Origin: Pseudacidobacterium sp.
GTDB lineage: Bacteria > Acidobacteriota > Terriglobia > Terriglobales > Acidobacteriaceae
NCBI GenBank assembly: GCA_035653455.1
Contig: DASRBV010000337.1
Coordinates: 1-44,506, forward strand
DNA length: 44,506 bases
Reading direction: 5' to 3'
The first letter of the stretch is position 1; each line of letters opens with the position of its first letter. Position numbers and translations under genes: made by a program. The notes beneath the pieces are model-generated. The model did not search any database. It was given only the letters and a program-made list of their open reading frames with translations, and was not told where the DNA came from. Shown piece after piece: positions 1 through 9,715 of the stretch.

Positions 1-68
1 GATGGGGTTCCCATGCTTTTCTTCTATTGCGCAGCAACCTGCCAAAGCAGCTATTATGTCCTACATTC

Positions 69-1766
69 ATGTTGAATGCAGCCCAGGCAATTCTGAACAA
101 AATTTTGTGGCCGGAGCAGCCTTCTTCCGCCAGCTCCAGCCACCTGCTGCCGCGCTGGATTTTTCTCCGCGCTCTGGGCCTGATCTATTTCTCAGCATTT
201 TATTCGCTGGCCTTCCAGATTCGCGGCCTTATCGGCCCGGATGGCGTTCTGCCCGCGCAAAAATATCTTGCTGCGATTACGCGTTCTTTCCCTGGATGGG
301 AGCACATCTGGTTTGCGCCTTCGCTTTTTTGGCTTTCAAGCAACAACCATATGCTGATGGCCATTACCATAACTGGACTCATCGCATCGCTGCTTGTAGT
401 CATCAATCTGTGGCCGCGGCTTACGCTGCTCATCTGCTTTTTGTGCTTTTTGTCTTTTGTAACGGCCGCCGGCGATTTCTCAAACTATCAATCAGACGGA
501 ATGCTTCTGGAAGCCGGATTCATCTCACTCTTCTTCGCCCCGCGCGGTCTCTGGCCCGGACTGGGAGCATCCAGCGCGCCTTCCTTGGCCAGCATGTTTC
601 TGCTGCAATGGGAGTGGTTCCGCATCTACTTTGAATCCGGCTTAGTGAAGCTGCTGAGCGGTGACCCCGAATGGAGGAACTTCACTGCCATGGACGAGTA
701 CTACCAGAACGGCCCGCTGCCTACATGGGTCGGATGGTACATGCAGCACCTTCCGCACTGGTTTCAGGCAGCGGCAACAGGAGCGACGCTCGTCATGGAA
801 CTGGTAATTGTCTTCCTGCTGTTTTTCCCGCGCCGCTTCCGCCTCATCTGCTTCTGCATCGTGACCCCGTGGGAGATCATCGTCATCCTCACGGCCAACT
901 ACACTTTCCTGAATTATCTGGTGCTCTCACTCGGCTTCCTGCTGCTCGATGATGCATACCTGCTGCGAGTTGTGCCACAGCGTTTCCGTTCAGCCCAGCT
1001 CACTTCTATTCTTCATGCTGATACTCATCCCGTCACCCTGGACGAAGAGCAGCGGGGTCAAAGCGCGGAGGACACGCATCGCGTCGCCCCGGACAACACA
1101 AGTCTCGAAGGAAACGAAGGACCCGCAGGTGGGAAACACCACTCTTATCTCACTTCCATCCGCCGTGCAGTCAGCGCCGTCCTGCTTTTCTGGGTTTTCT
1201 ACGCCACGACTGCCGAACTCATCCACATGCTCTGGCGCGAGGCACCCATCCCCTTCTTTCCCGTAGCTGCGCTGGAGCCGTTCCGCATCGCAAATCAATA
1301 TGGGCTTTTTGCCGTGATGACCAGAGGCCGCTACGAAATAGAGTTTCAAGGCTCGAACGACGGGCAGAACTGGACTGCCTATCCCTTCCGCTACAAACCG
1401 CAGAAGCTCGATGATCCTCCGCGCATCTATGCGCCTTACCAGCCGCGCTTTGACTGGAACCTCTGGTTCGCTTCACTCGGTAGCTGGCAGCAGAACTCAA
1501 TGGTCCCGCTGACCGAAGAACGTCTGCTCCAGAACAGCCGGGACACGCTCTCGCTCTTTGCCGGAAATCCATTTTCGCAGTCGCCCCCGAAGTATGTCCG
1601 CGCCGTATTGTGGCAATATTGGTTTACTTCGATGGCGGAAAGACGCGCGACCGGGCTTTGGTGGAAGCGGCAGCTTCTGGGTCTTTACGCGCCTGTGCTT
1701 ACAATCAATCCGGACGGAAAATTTGAGGCCGTCCAGTGGCCGGAGCCACTTCCTCCTCATGAATGA
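69..1766 (+). CDS. Lipase maturation factor (LMF1) family membrane protein
   Basis: Multi-TM protein with LMF motifs LLEAGF, FRIYFESGLVKL, YYQNGPLP, NQYGLFAVMT, APYQPRFDWNLWFA. ATG at 69 chosen within ORF 27..1766. Confidence 0.88.
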   Translation: MLNAAQAILNKILWPEQPSSASSSHLLPRWIFLRALGLIYFSAFYSLAFQIRGLIGPDGVLPAQKYLAAITRSFPGWEHIWFAPSLFWLSSNNHMLMAITITGLIASLLVVINLWPRLTLLICFLCFLSFVTAAGDFSNYQSDGMLLEAGFISLFFAPRGLWPGLGASSAPSLASMFLLQWEWFRIYFESGLVKLLSGDPEWRNFTAMDEYYQNGPLPTWVGWYMQHLPHWFQAAATGATLVMELVIVFLLFFPRRFRLICFCIVTPWEIIVILTANYTFLNYLVLSLGFLLLDDAYLLRVVPQRFRSAQLTSILHADTHPVTLDEEQRGQSAEDTHRVAPDNTSLEGNEGPAGGKHHSYLTSIRRAVSAVLLFWVFYATTAELIHMLWREAPIPFFPVAALEPFRIANQYGLFAVMTRGRYEIEFQGSNDGQNWTAYPFRYKPQKLDDPPRIYAPYQPRFDWNLWFASLGSWQQNSMVPLTEERLLQNSRDTLSLFAGNPFSQSPPKYVRAVLWQYWFTSMAERRATGLWWKRQLLGLYAPVLTINPDGKFEAVQWPEPLPPHE

Positions 1767-3222
1767 CGACACCAGCCTCCTCATCGGATCGAAGCACAAG
1801 CATCCGCTTCATGCTGTCGTCATCGGGTCTGGCCCCAACGGCCTTTCCGCGGCCATCGTGCTTGCTCAGGCAGGCTGGCAGGTAGATGTCTATGAGGCAC
1901 AGCCCACCATTGGCGGCGCTTCGCGCACCCTGCCATTGACTCTTCCCGGCTTTCAGCACGATTTCGGTTCGGCTATCCACGCTATGGCCGCTGGTTCGCC
2001 GTTCTTCTCTACTCTGCCGCTTGCCAAGCATGGGCTCGAATGGGTCCACGCGCCTGCACCGCTTGCGCATCCTTTCGACGACGGAACAGCCATCACACTT
2101 GAACGCGATCTGGACGATGCCGAACGTGTATTCGGGAGCGATGGCAAGCGCTGGCGAAGCATCTTCGGCCCGCTTGCAGAGCACTGGAACCAGATTGCAA
2201 AAGGTGCGCTCCGTCCGCTGGTCCACTTTCCGGCGCATCCGTTTCTCATGGCGCGGTTCGGCACGTTTTCTCTGATGTCCGCGCAGTTCTTCGCTGACCG
2301 TTTCTTACAATCATCGCGCGTCCGCGCTCTCTTTGCCGGAATTGCCGCGCACTCCATCATGCCGCTGGATGCGCCGCTCAGCGCCTCTGGCGGAGTCATG
2401 CTGGCCGCCGCCGCCCATGCCGTCGGCTGGCCGATGCCGCGCGGGGGGGCGCAATCCACTGCGAATGCTTTGGCAGGATACTTCTCCTCGCTCGGCGGAA
2501 GCATTTACACCCATTCGCCGATCACCTCGCTTGAAGACTTTTCGCCACATACGGTCCTGGTTTGCGACATCAGCCCGCGCCAGTTGCTGGACCTTGCCAG
2601 CCACCGGCTCACGGGTCAATTCCAGAAGGATCTGCGACGTTTCCGGTATGGCCCTGGGGCCTTCAAGTTGGACTACGCCCTTTCCGCTCCCATTCCGTGG
2701 AAGGCCGCTGAGTGCGCCCGCGCCGGAACGGTCCATCTGGGCGGAACAATGGAAGAAATCGCCGAAGCCGAACTTGCAGTCTGGCAGAACAGGCATCCGG
2801 ACCGGCCATTTGTCCTGCTCACGCAGCCTACGCTGTTCGATCCCTCGCGCGCACCTGAGGGAAAGCACATCGCGTGGGCCTACTGTCACGTTCCCAACGG
2901 GTCCACGTTTGATATGTCAGAGCGTATCGAAGCACAGATCGAGCGCTTCGCGCCCGGTTTCCGCGACTGCATCCTGGCGCGCCATGTCTCTTCGCCCTCT
3001 TTTCTTGAAACGCTGGACGCCAACCTCATTGGCGGGGACATCAATGGAGGGGCCATTTCCCTGCGCCAGTTGGTCTTCCGGCCTACACCGCGCCATTATG
3101 CTACGTCCGACCCGAACATTTTTCTTTGCTCGGCCTCGACCCCTCCACTCGGCGGAGTACATGGCATGTGTGGATATCACGCTGCACAGGCGGTGATCCG
3201 CCATGTAAGACACAGACTGTAA
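1759..3222 (+). CDS. Phytoene dehydrogenase-like NAD(P)/FAD-dependent oxidoreductase
   Basis: N-terminal FAD motif VVIGSGPNGLSAA, GGASRT, C-terminal LCSASTPPLGGVHGMCG. ATG at 1759 overlaps the LMF1 end by 8 bp. Confidence 0.88.
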   Translation: MNDDTSLLIGSKHKHPLHAVVIGSGPNGLSAAIVLAQAGWQVDVYEAQPTIGGASRTLPLTLPGFQHDFGSAIHAMAAGSPFFSTLPLAKHGLEWVHAPAPLAHPFDDGTAITLERDLDDAERVFGSDGKRWRSIFGPLAEHWNQIAKGALRPLVHFPAHPFLMARFGTFSLMSAQFFADRFLQSSRVRALFAGIAAHSIMPLDAPLSASGGVMLAAAAHAVGWPMPRGGAQSTANALAGYFSSLGGSIYTHSPITSLEDFSPHTVLVCDISPRQLLDLASHRLTGQFQKDLRRFRYGPGAFKLDYALSAPIPWKAAECARAGTVHLGGTMEEIAEAELAVWQNRHPDRPFVLLTQPTLFDPSRAPEGKHIAWAYCHVPNGSTFDMSERIEAQIERFAPGFRDCILARHVSSPSFLETLDANLIGGDINGGAISLRQLVFRPTPRHYATSDPNIFLCSASTPPLGGVHGMCGYHAAQAVIRHVRHRL

Positions 3223-3405
3223 AGCCCTGGTGATTCTGACGACCGAAGTGGACCACCATCACGTGCAGTTTTCGCTTGATGGTGGCAAGCGGAGGAAGAA
3301 TCCTGATAGCGCATCCTGCGCCACGCAGCACCTGCTTTCAGGGGCCGTTCACCGTTATTTCATTGATTAACGTTCTTTATGCTGGCCCCGGCGGCCTCAT
3401 TCGAG

Positions 3406-3420
3406 TTATAAGCTGTATAA
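3406..3420. promoter_or_regulatory. Candidate LysR recognition site (TTATA-AGCTG-TATAA, contains T-N11-A)
   Basis: Interrupted palindrome 44 bp upstream of the LysR start codon. Confidence 0.5.
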
Positions 3421-3463
3421 ATAGGACCCGTTCTCACTACAAAAAAAAGGACGTTCCAGCGAC

Positions 3464-4378
3464 ATGGATTTTGAGCAGTTAAAAACTTTCCTGGAAGTCA
3501 GCCGGCTGAAGAGTTTCTCCCGCGCGGCAGACAAACTGGGCGTGACTCAGCCGGCCATCTCGGCGCAGATTCGCTCGCTGGAGAACGAAGTCGGGGCGCG
3601 CCTCTTTGACCGCGATGGCGGAAAAGTGACCTTCACGGCCGCCGGACGTCTCTTTGAGCCGTTTGCCGAACACTGCCTTCAGGCCTCAAACCACATCATG
3701 GTGGCCATCGGCGAGCTGCACCGCTCGCCTCGCGGAGAGATTTCCATCAGTGCCAACGAGGCCACCAGCCTTTATGTTCTTCCCGCCGTTTTTGCGCAGT
3801 TCAAGAAGCAGTACACACGGGTGAACCTCTCCATTGTGCGCGCGGACCGCTCTAAATCACTGGAAGCCGTCCTGAATCGCGAAGTAGATTTCGGTGTGAT
3901 CTCGCTTCCGGTGAAAGACCCCCGTCTTCTGGTCGAAGTTGTCCATAAAGATGAGCTGGCGCTGGTAGTACCCAAAACTCATCCGCTGGCCACCCGCGAA
4001 CAGATCAAGTTTGCCGAGATGCTTCAGTATCCGTTGCTGCTGCCCAAGCATGGACGGCAGCGCGATCAGATCGAAGACCTCTTCCGTACGCATGATGTGA
4101 ATCCGCGCGTCGGCATGGAAGTGGATTCGAGCGAATTGCTGAAACGCCTGATTGGGGCGGGGCTGGGAATGGGCTTTCTGCCACGTTCAAACGTGCGCGA
4201 TGACGAACGCGCCGGGCTGCTGAAGACCTTGAAAGTAGAAGGTGTTCGACTCAACCGGGAGCTTGCGCTCGTCTTCAGAAAAGACAAGACGCTGACTCGT
4301 GCCGCCCAGGCCTTTCTGGAAATTGCGACGGGAAGATCGCGACCCATGCTGGCTGCGGTGGGGCACAAGCCACGGTGA
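3464..4378 (+). CDS. LysR-family transcriptional regulator
   Basis: N-terminal wHTH MDFEQLKTFLEV..SFSRAADKLGVTQPAISAQIRSLE; 304 aa with substrate-binding domain. Confidence 0.95.
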   Translation: MDFEQLKTFLEVSRLKSFSRAADKLGVTQPAISAQIRSLENEVGARLFDRDGGKVTFTAAGRLFEPFAEHCLQASNHIMVAIGELHRSPRGEISISANEATSLYVLPAVFAQFKKQYTRVNLSIVRADRSKSLEAVLNREVDFGVISLPVKDPRLLVEVVHKDELALVVPKTHPLATREQIKFAEMLQYPLLLPKHGRQRDQIEDLFRTHDVNPRVGMEVDSSELLKRLIGAGLGMGFLPRSNVRDDERAGLLKTLKVEGVRLNRELALVFRKDKTLTRAAQAFLEIATGRSRPMLAAVGHKPR

Positions 4379-4504
4379 AATTCCCTCAATTCACTTGTGT
4401 GTTACGCGCCATTCTGAACGCAGGGGAAGAATACACCACTGCTGTCTATTGTTTTCTTCCTTGATATTTCGGTTGGGCGGGCGAATGACGCTGCTTTGAT
4501 GTTT

Positions 4505-4750
4505 CTATTCTTCCAGCCGGTAGGTAAATTCTTCAATCACAGGGTTGGTAAGCACATCTTTGGCGATGCGCTCTACTTCCGTCTTTGCGGCGGCCGCATC
4601 GAGCGAGCCGTCAAGGTCAAGGACAAAATATTTTCCCTGGCGGACGTCCTTTATCCCCTTATATTGCATCTTTTTGAGTGCGTTCTGGATGGTCTGTCCC
4701 TGGGGGTCGAGTACCGTCCGCTTGAGCGTCACATAGACATGGGCCTTCAT
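4505..4750 (-). CDS. purS: Phosphoribosylformylglycinamidine synthase subunit PurS
   Basis: MKAHVYVTLKRTVLDPQG..VRQGKYF..LTNPVIE signature, 81 aa. Confidence 0.95.
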   Translation of the reverse strand: MKAHVYVTLKRTVLDPQGQTIQNALKKMQYKGIKDVRQGKYFVLDLDGSLDAAAAKTEVERIAKDVLTNPVIEEFTYRLEE

Positions 4751-4828
4751 TGATTCCGATTATAAAGGACTGCGATTTGCGCCGATTCTCACAAAACCTT
4801 AAAGCCGAATTGCGTACACTGGAGAAGA

Positions 4829-5377
4829 ATGGTTAATTATCTGGAACTTCCGATTGGGGACAAAGTCCCCGAGGTCATCAACAGCGTCATCGAGATCCCT
4901 TTCGAGGGCATTAACAAGTATGAGTACGACAAGCAGTTGCACGTCTTTCGTCTTGACCGGAACCTGTATTCGCCCGTGCATTATCCCGGCGACTACGGCT
5001 TTATTCCTTCGACACTGAGCGATGACGGCGACCCACTGGATGTGCTCGTACTGGTGGACGCGCCCAGCTTTCCCGGATGCGTCATGCAGGTGCGTCCGAT
5101 TGGCCTGCTCGAAATGATGGACCAGGGCGTTCTGGACGAGAAAGTCCTCGCTGTGGGTAAGAACAATCCGCGCTACAAGGACGTGTGGAACTATTCGGAG
5201 ATTTATCCGCACATGCTCAAAGAGATTACGCACTTCTTCTCCATCTATAAAGACCTGGAAGGCAAGCGCGTCGAGATTCGTGGTTGGCACGATGCTTCCT
5301 ACGCACGCGACCGCGTCCTGCGTGCCGCTGAGAACTTTGCAAACAACAAAAAGCAGGTCGAAGTGGCAAAGAGATAA
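4829..5377 (+). CDS. ppa: Inorganic pyrophosphatase (family I)
   Basis: NKYEYDK, YPGDYGFIPSTL, DGDPLDV active-site motif, FFSIYKDLE. Confidence 0.96.
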   Translation: MVNYLELPIGDKVPEVINSVIEIPFEGINKYEYDKQLHVFRLDRNLYSPVHYPGDYGFIPSTLSDDGDPLDVLVLVDAPSFPGCVMQVRPIGLLEMMDQGVLDEKVLAVGKNNPRYKDVWNYSEIYPHMLKEITHFFSIYKDLEGKRVEIRGWHDASYARDRVLRAAENFANNKKQVEVAKR

Positions 5378-5448
5378 GGGCTGCTGAGGGACTGCCCTTT
5401 TCAATCCTTTCTCTTGGGCTTGAGTGGGGAGAGAATGAACCCCAGTTT

Positions 5449-7944
5449 TTAAGGCGCATGCGCTGCGTGCGCCTGTTCCGTTTTTTCGCTAACAGATAAA
5501 TTCAGCTTCCGGTCGAAAGTAATCTCGCCCGAGACATCGCTCCTGGATGCGCCCCTGCTTACTTGCGATTTTTCCAGAACAAGCTGCGCATTCCTGATGA
5601 CTCCGCTGGCGCTCCAGTGATCAAAATGCTCCAGCGCAGCAGGAGCAGCAGCCAGAGAGCCTTGCGTCCAGTCCCATTGGAAGGTCCCCTGAGCAGAATG
5701 CTGTAAATCATCGGCGGAATAGCCTGCCGCCTCAATGTGCGCGCGCAACCCGATTGCGCCGGATGCCCTTTCGCCGTGCCACATACTCGCGATCTCCGCA
5801 GCGTTGGCGTGCGTCAGTTGTGTATCGAAACTGTATTTTGGCGTGCCGGAGGCGTCCATCCTGCCCGTCGCATGGAGAACGCCGTTCCACGCATGACCAT
5901 CCAGTGTAAGAAACTGCACTGCCCTGCCTTCAATGTGAAGCCGTCCGCTGGCGTCATGCACGGCCAGAGGTCCAAGCATAAACGTGCTTATGTGGATTGT
6001 TCCGTTAAGCGCAGGCCATTGCGGTTTGTTTCTTTCCAGACGCGAGAGTATCTGCTGCAACAGTTCGTTGTGTTCTCCTGCGCCTAACAGAGCAGACTGT
6101 AACGAGGCCGCATCCAGATTTTGCGCGGTAAGAGAAAACTCCGGCGCGCAGTTTTCTCCGGAGCAGCGGGTTGGGATAGTCACGGAAAGACTCACAGGAA
6201 TCTTCTGAAAGACCGCTGCCAGAGGAGAAACCACGACCTGGGTGGGAGAAAGAGAGACCTGCGCGGAAACAATCTCAACTGGACCGGAAAGAAACCCGGC
6301 CTGGTACTCTGCGTTTTTCAGATGTAGAACGCCCTCGGTCGTCGTGGCCGGAACGGGATAGTCAGAAGTGCTGACAGGGGATATCCAGGGACCGTGGACC
6401 TTCAGGTCCAGCTCCGCTTCTCCTTTTGGAGCAAGCGCCGAAACAATACCGGATGCCAGATGCAGTCCCGATGCAATAGGACGCAGGCGTTCCATTGATG
6501 CGTCACCCTGGAAGTTCAGGCTGAAACCCCTTCGCGTAAAGTTGCCGGAAAGTTCCAGGGGCGAGGCCCCGCCAAGGGGAATGTCGGCGTTCTCAAGCTG
6601 TAAAGCCGCCGGAGAGGCTGGCTTTGGCTGAGATTTTTTACCTTTGCGAGGTGCAGGGGCAGTCTGGCGGGCAACGATGTGCAGGGTAGGAACTGCAAGC
6701 GGGCTGTCCATGTCCGGAAGCCGGAGGGACAGGTGCTCGACTGCTACATCGCCTGTAAGCTGGTGCGCGTAATCCAGGTCGCCCTGCGCTGTGCCTGAAA
6801 TCTGCACGGAATCAGCGAATTTATTGCGGAAGAGCCGGAGCGCCGAAAGTCCAAATGCCGCCGGAACATTCTGCACGTGAAGGTGCAATGCAGGCACGGG
6901 ATGCTCGATGTCCGGAACATTGCCGGTCAACAACAAGTGGCCGTCACTGATAGGCCAGAAACAGGTAAGAGCACGCAGGGAGCGCTCTGTCTGCCGGTAT
7001 CCGCCCTGGCAGGTCGCATCCACATTGAATGGCTCGACTGGTGAGAACTCCTGGCGGTGCATGTCTGTGATGCGGATCCGCGTCTTGAACTGGGGCCCAT
7101 ACACACTGCCGGTGATGTCCCCTGTAATTTCAAGATTGCCGCGCCAGCCCGATTCCGCTCCTAAAAGTAGGCGGCTGATCTGCCCCAGCGCCGCATTGGT
7201 CCACTCAGCATGGAGACTGACTGGCATGTCGCCAAGCTCGGATGCTCGCTTCATCGAGCCTTCTACGCGCAGAGTACCGGTGTCTGCCAGATCGAGATCA
7301 ATATCAGTGCGCGCGGGTTGGGCCTCGAGCCGAATGCGCCATTCATCGGGATTTTCAAGCCACATGGCGAAATCGGCATTGAAGAATGAGAACGGCTTTT
7401 TTTCTGCGCCAATCTTGAAATTCACCCGTGTATTGCTGGCCTCAATATAAGGAAAACGAGGCGACTGGCCTGCGTGCCGTTGGGCGGTTGGCGCATTGGG
7501 GATGTGCGCCGCCTGCACGAGGATGGTCCCCAGATTCCAGTGCCCCGAAGCATCGCGCACGATGTTCACACTGGCCTGATCGAGGCTGATGCGTCCGATC
7601 TCAAGCCGCCCCCTCCAGAGCGAACTGAGGCGGATGGAAGCATCTACGCTGGGCGCCCGCAGGGCAGGCTCTGCGCCGAAGGCAGGGTCTTCTTCGACGA
7701 CGAAATCGCCCAGCTCCAGCCCCGGACGCGGCAGCAGCCGCAACGTCACCGATGAGAGATGCACCGGCCGTCCGATGGCGCGGCTGATGGCAGCAGCAAT
7801 CTCGCCCTGATAACGGTTCAGGTTAATGAGCGGAGGCAGAACAACCGCAAGCGCCAGCAGTACCACTGCGGCAAGAAATATCCGGAGCTTTGTTTTGGGC
7901 CTACGCGGGGTTTCGCTCATTACACTCACTGCTGATTGCAACAT
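5449..7944 (-). CDS. AsmA family protein
   Basis: N-terminal TM anchor followed by PPLINLNRY..ISRAIGRPV..LLPRPG pattern and a long beta-rich body. Alternative start at 7920. Confidence 0.8.
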   Translation of the reverse strand: MLQSAVSVMSETPRRPKTKLRIFLAAVVLLALAVVLPPLINLNRYQGEIAAAISRAIGRPVHLSSVTLRLLPRPGLELGDFVVEEDPAFGAEPALRAPSVDASIRLSSLWRGRLEIGRISLDQASVNIVRDASGHWNLGTILVQAAHIPNAPTAQRHAGQSPRFPYIEASNTRVNFKIGAEKKPFSFFNADFAMWLENPDEWRIRLEAQPARTDIDLDLADTGTLRVEGSMKRASELGDMPVSLHAEWTNAALGQISRLLLGAESGWRGNLEITGDITGSVYGPQFKTRIRITDMHRQEFSPVEPFNVDATCQGGYRQTERSLRALTCFWPISDGHLLLTGNVPDIEHPVPALHLHVQNVPAAFGLSALRLFRNKFADSVQISGTAQGDLDYAHQLTGDVAVEHLSLRLPDMDSPLAVPTLHIVARQTAPAPRKGKKSQPKPASPAALQLENADIPLGGASPLELSGNFTRRGFSLNFQGDASMERLRPIASGLHLASGIVSALAPKGEAELDLKVHGPWISPVSTSDYPVPATTTEGVLHLKNAEYQAGFLSGPVEIVSAQVSLSPTQVVVSPLAAVFQKIPVSLSVTIPTRCSGENCAPEFSLTAQNLDAASLQSALLGAGEHNELLQQILSRLERNKPQWPALNGTIHISTFMLGPLAVHDASGRLHIEGRAVQFLTLDGHAWNGVLHATGRMDASGTPKYSFDTQLTHANAAEIASMWHGERASGAIGLRAHIEAAGYSADDLQHSAQGTFQWDWTQGSLAAAPAALEHFDHWSASGVIRNAQLVLEKSQVSRGASRSDVSGEITFDRKLNLSVSEKTEQAHAAHAP

Positions 7945-8267
7945 ATCATCCCGCGCGGGGGAAAGCTGCTTTACCCGCTCGCCTTATGATCGGACTGCCC
8001 GGATACACTGCTCACGACTATATGGCATCAGAACGGTCTACCCTCCCCCGTTAAAGGCCATCCGTGATGACATGGTGCCCGAAGCGGGATCAGGCCTCAA
8101 AACAGGCCCCGCTTACGCTTCTCGAGTTATAGAATTCGTCCATGACAACGCTTCAGGATGGAGGCCTGAAGTTGCTGCACAGAATTCACCCAGTCTCGAA
8201 AAATTGCTTCATGCCATGCAGAAGCAGAAACTTCCCGCTTCTAAGCTCTACCGCTGAAAATGACCTT

Positions 8268-8564
8268 ATGCCTGTTGCCGCCATGACCATCGAAATCCGG
8301 ATTGAACATGCGCAATCGCTCAAAGACCGCAGGCAGGTAGTCCGGAGTCTCAAGGAAAAGCTGAGGAATGGGTTTAACGTCTCGGTCGCAGAAACAGATA
8401 AAGCGGTCACATGGCAGTCCGCCACGATTTCTGTAGCTGCGGTTTCCAGTTCGCGGGACTATCTTTCCGGGCTGATGCAGCAAGTGGAAGATGCCGTTGT
8501 GCGCATCACAAACGACCTTGGCGCTCAAGTGACGGATGCCTGGTGGGAATTCCTGGAAAACTAG
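8268..8564 (+). CDS. DUF503 (YlxP-like) protein
   Basis: SLKDRRQVVRSLKEKLRNGFNVSVAE..WQSATI signature. ATG at 8268 chosen within ORF 8142..8564. Confidence 0.88.
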   Translation: MPVAAMTIEIRIEHAQSLKDRRQVVRSLKEKLRNGFNVSVAETDKAVTWQSATISVAAVSSSRDYLSGLMQQVEDAVVRITNDLGAQVTDAWWEFLEN

Positions 8565-8617
8565 ACCGCCAGATCAAAATCAAAGAGGCCTCCTTTGCGC
8601 AAAAGAGCGCGCTGTCC

Positions 8618-9661
8618 TTAAAGCTGCTCCAGAAACTTCGCAATCTCAGCCGTAACGGAGCCAATTTCGCACCCTGGGGCCATGTGGCCGCAGTCAGATT
8701 GCAGCACCAGCGTCTGCGCATGGATGAGCTTTGCGAATCCAAGAGCAGGCAGCGGGTTTACCATGTGGTCCTGCATGGAGGAGATGATGAGGACCTTTGC
8801 CCGCACCTTTTTTGCCGCGTCATAGAGCGAACCACCGTGTGCGATGTCCTGCCCGATCATGGCCTGTAGCTGGCGCAGATAATCATTTGCATCGAAAAAA
8901 CGGTCACCCTCTTTGGTGAACTGCTCGAAGTACTGCGGGAAATCCTCGCGTGTGGTGTGGTTGGCGCGAAAGATGGGCGTGGCCAGGTTCATATTGTGAA
9001 TCAGCGCGACGATAGGCAGAGGCTGTGGCTGCGTGTATTTCCCTCCGTTATAGCCGGGATCAGCTTCGAGTGCCTTTAATTCTGTGTTCCATAGCAGAAG
9101 ATCGTACGAGGTCTGCTGCGGTGTCCCTACCACCGGAATGACCGCATCCATGAAGTCGGAATAGCTGACCATCCATTGAAATGCCTGCATCCCACCCATC
9201 GAAACGCCAAGAACTGCGCGCAGATGCTGAAGATGCAGCGTTTCGGTGACCAGGCGGTACTCGGCATTCACCATGTCAATAATGGAAAACTGCGGAAAAT
9301 CCGTGCCGTGCTGGGTCGTGCTGTTGGAGGGCGAGCAGGAGACACCATCTCCCAGCGCGTCTACGGCAATGACGAAGTATTTTGTGCTGTCAATGTAGTG
9401 CCCGGAGAGCACCTGGATGGCGATGTCGCTGCTGCGTCCGGTAAACCAGCTGGGAAAGAGCACTGCATTCGACTTTGCGGCATTCAGAGTGCCCAGGGTG
9501 CGGTAGCCAATCTTGCAGTCGTGAATGACTGACCCATTTTCCAGCTTCAGGTTCCCCAGGTCAGCGTATTGCAGTGGGGGGATCGGCGGAGGCGTCGGCG
9601 CCTGGGCCAGGGCGGCCATTGAAAACAGTAAGAAAACGGAAGAAAACAACACATTTCGCAT
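8618..9661 (-). CDS. Secreted alpha/beta hydrolase, homoserine O-acetyltransferase (MetX)-like fold
   Basis: Signal peptide MRNVLFSSVFLLFSMAALAQ; LKLENG..IGYRTLGTLNAAKSNAVL; nucleophile GVSMGG; D in QDHM and H in CGH. Confidence 0.78.
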   Translation of the reverse strand: MRNVLFSSVFLLFSMAALAQAPTPPPIPPLQYADLGNLKLENGSVIHDCKIGYRTLGTLNAAKSNAVLFPSWFTGRSSDIAIQVLSGHYIDSTKYFVIAVDALGDGVSCSPSNSTTQHGTDFPQFSIIDMVNAEYRLVTETLHLQHLRAVLGVSMGGMQAFQWMVSYSDFMDAVIPVVGTPQQTSYDLLLWNTELKALEADPGYNGGKYTQPQPLPIVALIHNMNLATPIFRANHTTREDFPQYFEQFTKEGDRFFDANDYLRQLQAMIGQDIAHGGSLYDAAKKVRAKVLIISSMQDHMVNPLPALGFAKLIHAQTLVLQSDCGHMAPGCEIGSVTAEIAKFLEQL

Positions 9662-9715
9662 TTTGGTTGTTATTCTGGTGCGGCGGAAAGAATTTCCACC
9701 TCGGGGAGTGAACGT

